A stretch of 64,000 nucleotides of DNA from an uncultured virus (IMG/VR IMGVR_UViG_3300009514_001431) (IMGVR_UViG_3300009514_001431), one strand, 5' to 3'. Shown: positions 36,184-47,379, counted from the stretch's first letter. The notes: a model not told the origin generated them from the sequence alone. Numbers and translations are program-made.

Positions 36184-39100
36184 TTACGACGAGAATCCGC
36201 CCTCTTGGCGTTTCCAGCAAACGGCGATGTTGAGGTCGTAGTTGTCAACCGAGCTTCCGTTGGTAACGCGCAGAAGGATGTTGTTGCCGCTGACCGCGAC
36301 GTTGAAACTTACATCCGTGGGGAAATTGGTAGGACCTACGGCGGCTGATTGGTTGTCGAATGCCCCAATCGTACTCACGGTGCCACCGTCTCGATAGAAA
36401 AACTGCTTGTAGGTGAACCCGATAAAGTTGGAGTCGTCGGCATCGTCCACCGCCGTCACATCCACCATGACTTTGAGGTTTTGACCATCCGTGTCCAGGG
36501 TGCCAAGGGTCACCACGGTCTGGTTGGTCGTTCCAGCAGTTACAGTGTCCTGTGCTCCGTAGGTGAGATGCTCGCATTCCGTACCGGCAAACCCCGACGT
36601 GGTACGGATCCCAACCGGAGCCGTCGTGTCGTCGGTGGTCATGGTGATTTCGCCAGGGGTTCCCGTTCCGTCCGACGAGCCTCCTGTCACCAGGACATCA
36701 CCACCGTCCCCGTTCGTGCCTGCGGACGCGTCCCCGCCGTCTACATTGACGACGCCGCCGTTACCGGAGGAACCTCCGCCCGTACCTCCGATTACCTGAG
36801 CGGCTCCCCCACTCCCCGTGGAGCCCCCTGAGCCACCTTGTATCAGCGCGATACCACCCGCGTTCGCTCCGCTGCCGCCGCCACCCGTAAGGTTGGCGTC
36901 TCCGCCAACGCTAGAATTGCCTGCTCCACCAGAGCCGGTGAAATCTCCTGCGGTCCCGCCCGAGAATCCGGCGGCCCCTCCCGCGCATGTGACCGAGCCA
37001 CTTGTGCCAGCGGCTCCGGTGGCTTGACCGCCGGTAAAGGTGAGGCCGCCTGCGACGGCACCCGCCGTCGTGCCTGTGACATCGCCTCCCGTCATGGCAA
37101 CCGAGCCACCACGAGAGTTGGCGCTGTTGGCTACCCCGTCGCCGCAGGTGACAGTGAAGGACCCGCCGGGGCTACTCGTTGCTGTCTTCGCACTCGACCC
37201 AAGTGTGAAGGTCGCATCACCGCCGGGGGAGTTTGTCGCAGATCCAGAATTGGACTGGTTACCCGTAGTAACCGTGAAGGCTCCGGCCCCTTGGCCCGTG
37301 AAGTTGGCTCCGGCATTCGTCCCGGTCGTGATAATTACGTCACCGGCCGTGATGTTGTTGCCGGTGATGTTACTGCCTGCTGTGATCTCGACGTTCCCGC
37401 CACCAGTGGACCCCGAGCCGTTGCCGGAACCGTCACCCGCGTCGATGAAAACACGACCTCCACGACCGTTGCCCGCCTGGGCATCGCCACCGCGCATTGT
37501 CATGTCGCCGCCGTTTCCACTACCTCCATCACCGCCACGGACGGTGCAGTCCCCTCCACCCCGGCCTACACCGTCGCCTGCCCGGAACGTGGCAGCCCCA
37601 CCAAAGATCGCGGTCCCGCCGTTGTCACCCCCGTCCCCGCCACGGACGGTCACCGCACCTGCGGTATCACCGGCCGAGGTATTCGCACCCGCCCTGATGA
37701 AAATGGCACCCGCATTCCCAGAGCCGTCGTTGTCAGCCCCTTGAATCGTGATGGGATCGGGAGTGTTTCCGGTGTTCAGCGTGGCTTGTCGAATCGTCAG
37801 GGCGTTTCCGAGGGCGCTCACACCCGTTTCGATCAGAATGTCGCCCGATCCTGTGACGTTCCCTCCGCCATCGCCTGATCGGATGTGGATACGACCGGCC
37901 GCCGCATTCCCTCCGCCAAGGTGGTCCCCCGCATGGATATAGATGTGGCCGCCCTCGGCCTCACTGTTCGTGGTCGAGTGACTGTCCCCGCCACGAATCC
38001 AAATGTCCTGACCACTGATGTCTGCGAAGGACCCGCTTCCGATAAGGCGCCCATCGCCACCGCGCATCCCCTGCCCGAATCGTGCTGAGAAGGCACTGTG
38101 CGCCCGTTGGATTTCATCGGCGTTGAGAGTGCGGTCCCACAGCAGGATCACTCCGATTTGACCATCCAGACATCGGTCGAGACCCGTTCCGATGTTGCCA
38201 ATTGTGATCGGGTTTCCTGAATCCGACTGAGCCGTCCCAGATGCCGAGGTGTTCTGGGTATTCGTAACGGCGGTGCCGTTAATGTAGAAGGTCGGCTGAT
38301 TCGCACTATCCGTGTCGGAATACTGGATGGCTACCGATGTCCAGGCACCCTTATGGACAACATCGTCGTTGCTCCCCGTCCAAGGCTGCTCTTGGGTATC
38401 CGTCGTCCAGGTTCCTCCTGTTGAACCTGACCAGTTGCGCTGGAAACGAATGCTAACGTGACCGGCCGAAGCCCCTACAGTCGAAACCGTGTAACCGGCA
38501 TCTGCGTCGTCGCTAGTGTCGAGGATGACTCCGTTGGCTGCTTGGCCGTCGTCCGCCAGCCGGATCCACACCATGAGCGTGCCGCCAGCAGCAAAGATGT
38601 CGTCCAAAGCTGCGGGCTTCGTGAACGAGATGTCGTCGCTGACCGCATCGAAATTGAAGGCGCCATCCGCAAAGGTGGCGTTTGTGATGGTTCCGCTCGT
38701 CGCATTCCCCATCAAATCGGTAACCGAAGTTCCCGACCCTGGGTAGGAATTCCGATCTGCCGCATCCATGTAGAAAAGCAGGTCGTCGTAAATGTTGCCC
38801 GGAATGCCTGAATCAGATCCGCCCGTGGCCCACGAAAGGGCACCAGCCCCATTAGTGGTCAGGGTTTGGCCGCTCACGCCGTCCGACGCAGGCCAGGTTG
38901 CATACTCCAACGTAATGGCTGTCGAGTTGACTGTGAATGTCTGGGAGTTGACGTTGACGGTATCGCCTGCACCCACGCTGTAACCGTGACCGAGCGTGAT
39001 CACATCCGCGCCGGATGCCGGAGCAAGAATCAAAAGGTCGTTGTTCGACGTGGCGTTCTCAAAGGTCAGGCTTTGAGTTTGGGCAATTTGCCAAGTGAAC

Positions 39101-39351
39101 GTGGCATCCATCAGGGCCGGGTTCGTCGCCCCCGTGTCCTCGACTGCTGCTCCAAGCTCAGCGCTACCCCCACCGGACAGGGCGGTCCACGTCGAGGTGG
39201 AGGCCGCAACAGTGACACAGTAGTACCAGTTGCTCTGATCCTCGGCCCAAGCAATCTGATCGGTCGAAATCCCGTTGTCCGACCCCGAACCAGTGAGGTC
39301 CGTGAGCAGGTCAGCCCAAAGGAAGATGCCTTGTGAAATGACGATAGCCAT
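36184..39351 (-). CDS. fibre protein with LamG/concanavalin-like domain and Gly-rich repeats
   Basis: LLFYMDA..SYPGSG..W..VA..FYING..IG..DGQIG...WDR.L..EI; then GG.[VI].[IL].[AG]G repeats. Confidence 0.8.
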   Translation of the reverse strand: MAIVISQGIFLWADLLTDLTGSGSDNGISTDQIAWAEDQSNWYYCVTVAASTSTWTALSGGGSAELGAAVEDTGATNPALMDATFTWQIAQTQSLTFENATSNNDLLILAPASGADVITLGHGYSVGAGDTVNVNSQTFTVNSTAITLEYATWPASDGVSGQTLTTNGAGALSWATGGSDSGIPGNIYDDLLFYMDAADRNSYPGSGTSVTDLMGNATSGTITNATFADGAFNFDAVSDDISFTKPAALDDIFAAGGTLMVWIRLADDGQAANGVILDTSDDADAGYTVSTVGASAGHVSIRFQRNWSGSTGGTWTTDTQEQPWTGSNDDVVHKGAWTSVAIQYSDTDSANQPTFYINGTAVTNTQNTSASGTAQSDSGNPITIGNIGTGLDRCLDGQIGVILLWDRTLNADEIQRAHSAFSARFGQGMRGGDGRLIGSGSFADISGQDIWIRGGDSHSTTNSEAEGGHIYIHAGDHLGGGNAAAGRIHIRSGDGGGNVTGSGDILIETGVSALGNALTIRQATLNTGNTPDPITIQGADNDGSGNAGAIFIRAGANTSAGDTAGAVTVRGGDGGDNGGTAIFGGAATFRAGDGVGRGGGDCTVRGGDGGSGNGGDMTMRGGDAQAGNGRGGRVFIDAGDGSGNGSGSTGGGNVEITAGSNITGNNITAGDVIITTGTNAGANFTGQGAGAFTVTTGNQSNSGSATNSPGGDATFTLGSSAKTATSSPGGSFTVTCGDGVANSANSRGGSVAMTGGDVTGTTAGAVAGGLTFTGGQATGAAGTSGSVTCAGGAAGFSGGTAGDFTGSGGAGNSSVGGDANLTGGGGSGANAGGIALIQGGSGGSTGSGGAAQVIGGTGGGSSGNGGVVNVDGGDASAGTNGDGGDVLVTGGSSDGTGTPGEITMTTDDTTAPVGIRTTSGFAGTECEHLTYGAQDTVTAGTTNQTVVTLGTLDTDGQNLKVMVDVTAVDDADDSNFIGFTYKQFFYRDGGTVSTIGAFDNQSAAVGPTNFPTDVSFNVAVSGNNILLRVTNGSSVDNYDLNIAVCWKRQEGGFSS

Positions 39352-39353
39352 GA

Positions 39354-40844
39354 TCAGGTCGTCCTTGGGAGGCTAGGGATAGAGCGTTTAACCGTCTCGG
39401 AACCTCGGTTGTAAGAAGCCAGAATTTCGGTAGCGGAACGAGCTTTATCGGACAACCGCATGTCGTCCATAAGACCGTCCCATTCGGGAGCGTTGAAACC
39501 GGCTCCGATTTCCAAGCCCCCGTTCGTGGCTCCGGGGTTGGTGCCCCCTGTAGGCTTGGTGATAGGTCCGATGGTCTCCATCAAAGAGCCGTCCCTATAG
39601 ACCAAGATGTTGCGCGTCGTACCCGTCACGTCCTCAAACACACACGCATAGTGGTGCCGCTGCGTCCGATCAGCCGCGCCCTCCGTAGAGTCACTAACGA
39701 TTTGGACTGTTCCCGTAAACGTGACGTTGTTGCCCGCCCCCTCTTCCCACAAGTTGTCGAGGACGTAACCACCGCCAGATGGCTCAAGCCCGAGCCCGAT
39801 CAAGTAGTTGTTGGCCTCTACAGTTCCGCCCTGCCCCCACTGACAGATGCCGTGGTCCTGGCTGTCGCTGTTTAGAAGCACCCCCCACCACTCAATTGTC
39901 CACTCCCCGAGCAACATGGTGCGCAGTTGATCGCGGTAATAGGCAACGTACACCTCACTTGCGGTCTCTAGGTGGCGTGCCTTCCCACCATCAGTTCGCA
40001 AAAGGGACTCAACAATTCTCGGTTGATTCGCAGACTTTCCAATCGGTGTCAGGTGATGCCCGTTACCGCTAATATCCGCGATCTCAGGAACCTCCTCAAA
40101 ATCCCAAAGCGCCAAGGTGCTCCCGTCGTTAGCGAACGTCTTGGTCGTGGAGGTAGCGTTGTTGTTCAATTCTGTGCCCGTGCGCACCACGTTCGACAAA
40201 CGGATGCGGCCGATCGCCCCCGATATGTCGGAGCCTGCCGAAACGTCGTAGCCGATGGCACCAGAGATGGACGTTCCACCGCTAGCGTTCGTGTCCGACC
40301 CCGTGTCCTGAGCAGTCCCGCTATCTACAAAGAAGGACACGTCACGATTAGCGCCGTTTACATCGGCCGTGATTGCAACGTAGGTCCACGTTCGCAAAGA
40401 AATCGTTGACCCCGCTGCCTGCGTGACCGTGGCATTCGTACCCGAACCATGCTCCCAAAAAAGCTGGAGGTACCCGCTCGCGGTGATCTGGATGCGCGCC
40501 AAGAAGTTTGTCGCCTCACTTTCACCTGAACCGCCGATGTCAAACCAAGTGTCGGTCCCGGTAAACTCGTCAATGTAGATCCACGCTTCCCACGTCCAAT
40601 CCCCCACGAGGGCACTGCTCATGGTGGCGTCAGGGGTGAAATCCATCCCCTGTGCTCCTGAAAACCAACGGGCTCGGTCAGTACCCGCAGGACCACCCGT
40701 GATGCCAGGTTTCGTGGCGGCGGTCGTTTGCGTGGCGTCGTAGTTGCCCGTCTCGTCGGCCGCCGTCGAGTAGTCCTGATGCGTCGTTTCATCGAACCGC
40801 CACAAGGCGACCGTGTTCGCGTCTACTACATGCCCCCGTGCCAT
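39354..40844 (-). CDS. tandem LamG-like domain virion protein
   Basis: two units: ALW.F.E..D.[ST]GN..WT.E.W..G.[IM]...RLS...R...E. Confidence 0.8.
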   Translation of the reverse strand: MARGHVVDANTVALWRFDETTHQDYSTAADETGNYDATQTTAATKPGITGGPAGTDRARWFSGAQGMDFTPDATMSSALVGDWTWEAWIYIDEFTGTDTWFDIGGSGESEATNFLARIQITASGYLQLFWEHGSGTNATVTQAAGSTISLRTWTYVAITADVNGANRDVSFFVDSGTAQDTGSDTNASGGTSISGAIGYDVSAGSDISGAIGRIRLSNVVRTGTELNNNATSTTKTFANDGSTLALWDFEEVPEIADISGNGHHLTPIGKSANQPRIVESLLRTDGGKARHLETASEVYVAYYRDQLRTMLLGEWTIEWWGVLLNSDSQDHGICQWGQGGTVEANNYLIGLGLEPSGGGYVLDNLWEEGAGNNVTFTGTVQIVSDSTEGAADRTQRHHYACVFEDVTGTTRNILVYRDGSLMETIGPITKPTGGTNPGATNGGLEIGAGFNAPEWDGLMDDMRLSDKARSATEILASYNRGSETVKRSIPSLPRTT

Positions 40845-40847
40845 CGA

Positions 40848-42239
40848 TCACTCCCCGTGAGCCAGAAGCTCGATGTCGTAGGTCGAGGCGTTGGAGCCGT
40901 TGTTGGTGATGGTGTAGTAGATCGACTGGCTCTCCAGGTCACTCGCCGTAATGAGCGACCAGGGGGTGCCGTCAGCGAATGCGGACGTGTAGGCGTCCTT
41001 CCCGGTCGCCTGGTAGATCTGGTCGGTCTTGCCGGAATCGCGCCAAAACTCGATGTTACTGTTCGTCGTGTTCCCGTTGGCCGTGACCTTGAGGTAGATC
41101 GCGGCCCCCGAGTCGATGCCGAGATTGATGCTGCCCGTTGCCGTACCGCCACTCGCGGAAGCAGATGACGTAGTGGTCTTGCTCGCGCCCCGCTTATCAA
41201 CCGTGGTCAGGCTGCCAGTGCCACCACCTCCGCCAGAGCCGCTCGTCACGCCGCTCAAGGTCGCGTACAACGTGATGCCGGTGTCGTCTGGAGTGTTCGT
41301 CGTTTGGATCGAGACGATAAGGGTCTCGTCAGCTTCAAAAGTGTCTGTGGCGGCAAACTCGACGGTAGCGATGTAACCGCTACCGAGCGCCGTCGCGGAA
41401 GCAACGGTCGCGGAGATCGAAGCCGTCGTCTCAAAATCGCGGTAGACCCGGACTGTAGTGGAGCCGGGGTCATTCAAACAAAAGAACGTGGCCCGGAGCA
41501 TTTGCCCCGCATAGGCCGTGTGCCAGTGAAAATACCCGTTGCTTTCGGTGGGCTTAGTCGTAGACCCACCGCTATCAATGAGCCGGAACCATGTCTCTGT
41601 GGCCGTGAGCGACGTAGAAGCCCCTCCGAAGTTCACGACATTCGTGGCCGAAGCGGATCCTCCTGCCGAAACCCCGTTCACAATGGTTGCCCGCGTCAGG
41701 TAAAGGACAGTCCAGTCGATCGTCTGTCCTCCGCCAATGCCGGTCGTGTCGGCATTCACGATAATGGCATTGGTGCTGGTCGTGAGCCCCGCAGTCAGGG
41801 TCGTGGGGAAAGTCCCAAGGCGCCGCTCGGGGCCGCTGTCCTCGATGCCCCACTGCGTCGCCCCTCCGCCATCGCGGTAAAAGGTGATGACCTGATGGCG
41901 GAAATAGGTGTTGGTCGCGTCTGCTGCGTCCTCGCCAAAAATGTAGACCTCAACAAACGTCTGATCGCCATCGGCCAACGTCGCCACAGGAGTTGCGATC
42001 GTGTTGGTCGATGCGGCGCCCGTAGTCGAAGCCGTTTCACTTTGCCACTGGCTCCCGGCATTGAGGACGTAATCGGTCCCGTCATCGCCCGTGAACATCG
42101 GATCGCCGCCGGAGCGGAGCCAGAACATCCCCTGGTTCGTGGACGGGGTGCCACCCGGAACGGTCGCAGTTTCCGAATGCTCAACTCCGTTGTCGAGTAC
42201 CTCGACTTTTCTATCGAGGCGGCGGGGAGTGTCCGTCAT
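40848..42239 (-). CDS. virion structural/fibre-associated protein
   Basis: Thr/Gly/Ser-rich; TLADG..FYRDGG module shared with the C-terminus of 36184..39351. Confidence 0.7.
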   Translation of the reverse strand: MTDTPRRLDRKVEVLDNGVEHSETATVPGGTPSTNQGMFWLRSGGDPMFTGDDGTDYVLNAGSQWQSETASTTGAASTNTIATPVATLADGDQTFVEVYIFGEDAADATNTYFRHQVITFYRDGGGATQWGIEDSGPERRLGTFPTTLTAGLTTSTNAIIVNADTTGIGGGQTIDWTVLYLTRATIVNGVSAGGSASATNVVNFGGASTSLTATETWFRLIDSGGSTTKPTESNGYFHWHTAYAGQMLRATFFCLNDPGSTTVRVYRDFETTASISATVASATALGSGYIATVEFAATDTFEADETLIVSIQTTNTPDDTGITLYATLSGVTSGSGGGGGTGSLTTVDKRGASKTTTSSASASGGTATGSINLGIDSGAAIYLKVTANGNTTNSNIEFWRDSGKTDQIYQATGKDAYTSAFADGTPWSLITASDLESQSIYYTITNNGSNASTYDIELLAHGE

Positions 42240-42280
42240 GGCTCAACCCTCCCGTCTGCTGCAAAGGGAAAGACCATCCG

Positions 42281-42523
42281 CTATTCATCCCACCCTGACA
42301 GATCGAATTTCATGTAGACGACTCCGCCCTCGTCCTTTGCCAGACCGAGGGTGATCAGGTCGTCGTCACAGCCCATCGACGCGGGGGTGACCCCCTGAGC
42401 CCCCACGCCCGGCCACAGGCCCTCTGCGGAGTCCTGAGCCTTCGTAGCGTCATGGACAGAGATTCGCGCCAGCCTTTTGAAAACCTTGCCGTAGCTGCCT
42501 GGTTTGATGTCAGTGATTGCCAT
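42281..42523 (-). CDS. small hypothetical protein
   Basis: 80 aa with GAGGA RBS, within the structural operon. Confidence 0.65.
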   Translation of the reverse strand: MAITDIKPGSYGKVFKRLARISVHDATKAQDSAEGLWPGVGAQGVTPASMGCDDDLITLGLAKDEGGVVYMKFDLSGWDE

Positions 42524-42534
42524 TGGACAGTCCT

Positions 42535-45500
42535 CTACAGGTAAGCAACGACGTGCAGGAACTCAGCAGGTCCCGTGGGGCCAGTCGTAGAAACTGTGAT
42601 CCCGGCCGGAGTGATCGAACCAGGGACGATATTGACCACGTTACCGGGAACACCCTCGTAGGTGATCAGAACAACCCGTGGGGCTGGTCCAGGGAACGGC
42701 GCCAACGGAGGTCCGCCAGGGCCTTGGGTGAAAGCGGCCCACGGAATCACAAGAGCCGCGTGCGGGCCAGGAGGGTCGGCCACGAAATCGTGAATGCCCA
42801 TCTTGACGGCGGGCGAGTCCAGGTTGAGTGCGTCTCCCTTGGTCGCGTCCCCCAACGTGATCTGACCGGGAGCGCCTGCCCCATCACCCGAGCCGCCTGA
42901 GATGGTGACGTTGCCACCACTGCCGCCCGTTCCAAGGGTGGCGTCCCCGCTGATCAAGAAGATGCTGCCGGGGGTTGGGCCTCCGCCTGCGATCAAACTG
43001 GCGTTTCCGCCAACCCCATCGGTCCCGGCCCCAAGGGCGGTGCCGCCATCCCCTGCAATAAGGAGAACCTCGCCGCCGTCTCCGCCGTCCTCGGTGCCGG
43101 TGCCCGCGCCGCCATTACCGGCCAAAGCTCGGACATACCCACCGTCGCCACCTCGATTGTCGGCTGCGGTGGCGTCACCACCAGCACCACCGACGAATTC
43201 AAAGTGACCACCCGCACCAGCGGTACCCGCTGCGGCACCCCCCGTGGCATCGCCACCATCGCCAGCGCCGACCTCAAACGAGCCACCGTCGCCAGCAGTC
43301 GCCGTGCCCGTTGTGACGGCCGTGGCATCGCCACCACCGCCCATGACGGTCGTGACCGTACCACCGGGGCCACCTGTAGCTCCGTCCTCTCCTGTGGCGT
43401 CTCCGCCCGCTCCAGTGATGGTATCGACGGCCCCTCCGAGCCCTCCCGTCGCCGTGCCCGAAGCACTTGCAGTTGCGGTTCCGCCCGTGCCCGTGATGGT
43501 CGCGTAGGCGCCAGCGTCTCCGCCAAAGCCCCCGTCGATCCCAAGAGCGGACCCACCGCCACCCGTGATCGCCGCGAAATCTCCCGCATCACCTGCCGTG
43601 GCCGTACCCGAGGTATTCGTGACGGCATCGCCACCCGTCCCACCGATGAAAGCGAAATCTCCTGAGTCTCCGCCGCGAGCCGCCGTGTCCCCGTCGCCCT
43701 TCCCGCCCGAGCCAAGAATGGCTGCGAAATCTCCTGAGTCGCCGCCTCGACCTTCGCCGACCGTATGCGTCCCATCTCCGCCGGAGCCGCCAAGGAAAAA
43801 CCAACCCGAGCCATTGCCCGCAGTGTTGGGGGAGGCTCCCTCGTCAGCGTTACCACCAATCGCTCCGAAAACGACGAGAGCGCCAGCATCGCCAGCATCT
43901 CCGCTTACGTTCGCTCCGCCCGCTCCGAGCCAGGTGAGGACGGAAGCACCTTCGCCACCATCCACCGCACCCAAGCCCGCGTTCCCGGCAATCCCGAGCC
44001 CTGCTCCAAGAGCAGATCCGATTTCAACATCCCCGGCGTCACCCCCGACACCGCCCGTCACTGCTCCCGGTGCGACGGCGACGCTACCGCCCGCCGAGCC
44101 AGCACCACCCGCTGTCTCGTCACCGGCAGCAATCTCGATGCTGCCGCCCGTACCGGCGAGGTCGGCACCCGAGATCGGCAAGAGCAGGCTGTCGGTTTCG
44201 ATCCCGGTGCTACCCGTGAAACGGATGTTGAACCCGCCGGACAAGTTGCCCGCAGCGAGCACAGCAGCCAGCGTTCCGGCACCGCCTCCCGACGAGATAT
44301 TGATGGTCCCACCGTTGTTCGTGTAGAAAAGCTCGTCGGTTGCCGAGTTGACCCACAAAAGGCCCTCACCGACCAACGGGGCGTAGGGCTGCGCCGCTAC
44401 GGCCTCAAACACGAGGCCGGTCGGGTCGATCAGACCCGTAACCGTGAGCTTCCCATTGACCGTAACCGTGCCGTCCCCGCCAGGCCCGCTACCTGGCGTG
44501 AGCACGATGTTCCCACCCGTGCCCGCAACGGTCCCTGCTCCAGCAAAGATATTGATGTCACCGCCGTTCCCACCCCCCGTCGAGGTTCCCGACGCGATGA
44601 CAATTGGGCCGCCGTCTCCGACGCCTACTGCAACCCCGGCGAGAATCGAGATGGCCCCGCCGTCTCCCGTGGCGGCGGCTGCCGTCACGGACCCTGCGGC
44701 CACAAGGACGTTGCCTCCGTTGCCGGTCAGGATCCCGCCGTCTCCTGCCCGCAGTGAAATCACACCCCCTTCGCCGTTGTCCACAGCGTTCGGGGTCGAG
44801 ATGCGTACCGCACCCGTGAAGCTCGCAGGGGCGGCCGTGGATTCGCCGCCCTTGATCTCTACGTCGCCGCCATCGACACCCGCAAGCGTCGTGTTGCCAC
44901 CACGAATATCGACGTTGCCAGGGGTGGACGCCGTGGCCGTGAAAGTACCTGCGCCAATGAGAACGTCGCCACAGGTTCCGCCGCCAATCGCGGCTCCTGA
45001 TGTGATCAGTACGAGGCCAGTGTTCCCGGTGCCGAGCGTGCTGCCCGTACCGAACGTCGCCGAGCCCGTTTCAGCCGACGCGGTAACGTCAGAGACGTTG
45101 CCAGACGCGACGAACACGGAGCCCGTGAACCCTGTGGCTGCTCCAGCGGTGCTAACACCACCCGTGAGACTGACGCTGCCTCCGTCGTCCGCTACCCCCG
45201 TGGTAAAGCCGCCGAGGATATTGACCGGAGCGCCGTCACCCGCTGCTCCGTCAAGCACACCACCGATGAAGCCTCCCGCTGAAATAGCGATGGAATTGGC
45301 GCCGGTTTCGTTGCCCACCTGGAGCACCTGCTCCAAGGTCGGCACACCCAGACCGCCGCCACCGGCCCCCAAGACCTCGGCCTTGTCCGCCTGCGTGACG
45401 ATGCCCGCCATGAAAATGTCGAGCGTGGTTGGCGACCCACCTCCCTCGTTCCTGACCGCCATGACCGGGCCGAGGTTTGTCGTGTTGAACGGGATGAAGC

Positions 45501-47376
45501 CGCCCGCATCAGTGGCGATGAAGGACGCAAGGATGTTGAAATCCGCGTCGAGGATGGAGTGCCGGAGCAGCGCATTCGTGCTGTCCGAGGCGTCGAGCAC
45601 GTAGTAGTGCGGAGCCCCCTGGCCGCCGCCCACGGTAGTCAGGCTGCTAACGCCGCTATCGACAAGGTTGAAATTGCCCGGACCCTGATTGAGCCAGAAC
45701 CAGTTGGCCGAGCCGCTAGGCTTGAGCAACCCGGCATACTGACCCGCCGGTTGATTGTTGCTGATCTGGAATGATCCGGGGTTGGACGAGTACCCCATAA
45801 ACATGCGGTACGTGGTGCCCACGCCAGGATTGCGGAATTTCCAACACGCAACAAAGTTGTGCGTAAGCTGGATGTTGGTCCCCGCGCCACCCGATTGATC
45901 GAGGATGGACATACGAGTCGCAGCCCCGCTTGCAACCAGGCTGAGATACGGCCCCCCATCCCCAGAAGCGAGCCCGTGGGTGAGGGTGCCGCCTGCGGCC
46001 GACGTGTACTCAAGGCCCTTGTAGAGCCCCCCAACATCGAACTTGTCCTCGTCAGTGCCTCCAAGATCCGTACCCGCCGGGATGACCGTGCCTCGTTGAA
46101 CCCGATTGAACGCGTCCACGAGGGATCCCGAGAATGCCAGGCGAGCCCACCCGCTCGGAGTGCCATTCGTGTTGACCCACGCTTCACCTACGCCCCCATC
46201 GGTGCGTTGGTAAAGGTCGCCTTCCATCCCTGCAAGCAGGGCGGTGTTCGGGTTGCCCGTCCCCCTCTGGATGTTGCTGGCCCTGAATACGCCGTTGACG
46301 ATGGCCTCACCGTCTGCGCCGCCACCCTGTCCCGAACCAGGGGTCATAAAGATGTGACCACCCTGGCCGCCCGCCGGACCACCAATCCCGCCTGTCAGGT
46401 GAACCGCACCCCCGCGAACCGATCCAGCGGAAAGGCCGCCCGTGATAAGAACCCGACCGCCCTCACCGGCTACCTTGATCGAGGGGAGCGGCCCGGTCGG
46501 GTCGATGGCGCCGCCCGTGATTTTGATGTCGCCGCCCGTTCCGGTGGCTCCAACCCCATCACCGCCATTGATCAGGACAAGACCGCCGTTGGCGATCCCG
46601 TTGGCGTCATTGTCCACGCCCGCCCCGGCGTTGACGAGAACGGTGCCTCCCGTATCGGCAGCACCCCCTTGGAGGGTCAGAGAGCCAACCGTCCCGAGAG
46701 AGGCGCCCGTCTGGATCAGCACGTCACCCGAAGCGCCCGCCCCTGTAGTGATCGTTTGCGTAGCGATCGAAATGAGCCCGGTGTTACCTCCGACCGTTGC
46801 ACCCGAAGACAGCTTGATGTCGCCGCCGTCGCCAACCGCACCTGCTTCGTCGCCGCCCTTGATCGTGACGGTGCCTCCGCCCGTACCCACTGCCGAGTCC
46901 TCGCCCGTGATCAGGGCTCCGACTTGGTTGCTGAGAACGATGGCGTTGGGGCCGGTGAAATTGCCAATGACGAGTGTTTCCTCAAGGTTCTCTCCCCCAA
47001 GGTCGTCACTGATCCGCTCCCACGCATTCACCCCATCCTGGTTCTGCCAAAGCTCGGGGGGGCTGTTGTTGACGAACAACGAGCCGATGGTTGAGGTCAC
47101 GATGCCGTTCGGATCGAAATCCCCTACGAGCACCTGGATACGGGTTGCCGTTCCGAAATCGGCCCCGGCACGCAGGTCGAGCACTTGCTCGTCCCGCTCG
47201 TCCGAACGGTTCCAAACGGTAACGATGCCAACCACGTCGTCGCCGTCGTTGCGGCCCGTGGAGATCAGCAGATCTCCAGGGGCCGAGCCCGTGTTCACGG
47301 TGTCGTGGCCGCGAACAGTGTTGGCCTCAACGATATTGGCGTCTACGCCCGGACGACGATTTGGGTTGTTGGGCAT
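42535..47376 (-). CDS. large Gly-rich fibre protein (1613 aa)
   Basis: long GG.V.I..G arrays, three L..[VT]L..GN.[TS]G junction motifs, G.G.P..G..GD.Y.R modules. Confidence 0.8.
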   Translation of the reverse strand: MPNNPNRRPGVDANIVEANTVRGHDTVNTGSAPGDLLISTGRNDGDDVVGIVTVWNRSDERDEQVLDLRAGADFGTATRIQVLVGDFDPNGIVTSTIGSLFVNNSPPELWQNQDGVNAWERISDDLGGENLEETLVIGNFTGPNAIVLSNQVGALITGEDSAVGTGGGTVTIKGGDEAGAVGDGGDIKLSSGATVGGNTGLISIATQTITTGAGASGDVLIQTGASLGTVGSLTLQGGAADTGGTVLVNAGAGVDNDANGIANGGLVLINGGDGVGATGTGGDIKITGGAIDPTGPLPSIKVAGEGGRVLITGGLSAGSVRGGAVHLTGGIGGPAGGQGGHIFMTPGSGQGGGADGEAIVNGVFRASNIQRGTGNPNTALLAGMEGDLYQRTDGGVGEAWVNTNGTPSGWARLAFSGSLVDAFNRVQRGTVIPAGTDLGGTDEDKFDVGGLYKGLEYTSAAGGTLTHGLASGDGGPYLSLVASGAATRMSILDQSGGAGTNIQLTHNFVACWKFRNPGVGTTYRMFMGYSSNPGSFQISNNQPAGQYAGLLKPSGSANWFWLNQGPGNFNLVDSGVSSLTTVGGGQGAPHYYVLDASDSTNALLRHSILDADFNILASFIATDAGGFIPFNTTNLGPVMAVRNEGGGSPTTLDIFMAGIVTQADKAEVLGAGGGGLGVPTLEQVLQVGNETGANSIAISAGGFIGGVLDGAAGDGAPVNILGGFTTGVADDGGSVSLTGGVSTAGAATGFTGSVFVASGNVSDVTASAETGSATFGTGSTLGTGNTGLVLITSGAAIGGGTCGDVLIGAGTFTATASTPGNVDIRGGNTTLAGVDGGDVEIKGGESTAAPASFTGAVRISTPNAVDNGEGGVISLRAGDGGILTGNGGNVLVAAGSVTAAAATGDGGAISILAGVAVGVGDGGPIVIASGTSTGGGNGGDINIFAGAGTVAGTGGNIVLTPGSGPGGDGTVTVNGKLTVTGLIDPTGLVFEAVAAQPYAPLVGEGLLWVNSATDELFYTNNGGTINISSGGGAGTLAAVLAAGNLSGGFNIRFTGSTGIETDSLLLPISGADLAGTGGSIEIAAGDETAGGAGSAGGSVAVAPGAVTGGVGGDAGDVEIGSALGAGLGIAGNAGLGAVDGGEGASVLTWLGAGGANVSGDAGDAGALVVFGAIGGNADEGASPNTAGNGSGWFFLGGSGGDGTHTVGEGRGGDSGDFAAILGSGGKGDGDTAARGGDSGDFAFIGGTGGDAVTNTSGTATAGDAGDFAAITGGGGSALGIDGGFGGDAGAYATITGTGGTATASASGTATGGLGGAVDTITGAGGDATGEDGATGGPGGTVTTVMGGGGDATAVTTGTATAGDGGSFEVGAGDGGDATGGAAAGTAGAGGHFEFVGGAGGDATAADNRGGDGGYVRALAGNGGAGTGTEDGGDGGEVLLIAGDGGTALGAGTDGVGGNASLIAGGGPTPGSIFLISGDATLGTGGSGGNVTISGGSGDGAGAPGQITLGDATKGDALNLDSPAVKMGIHDFVADPPGPHAALVIPWAAFTQGPGGPPLAPFPGPAPRVVLITYEGVPGNVVNIVPGSITPAGITVSTTGPTGPAEFLHVVAYL

Positions 47377-47379
47377 CTC

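Noticed and set aside
36184..47376. Diversity-generating retroelement acting on the fibres
   Set aside because: No reverse transcriptase and no template/variable repeat pair noticed in the window
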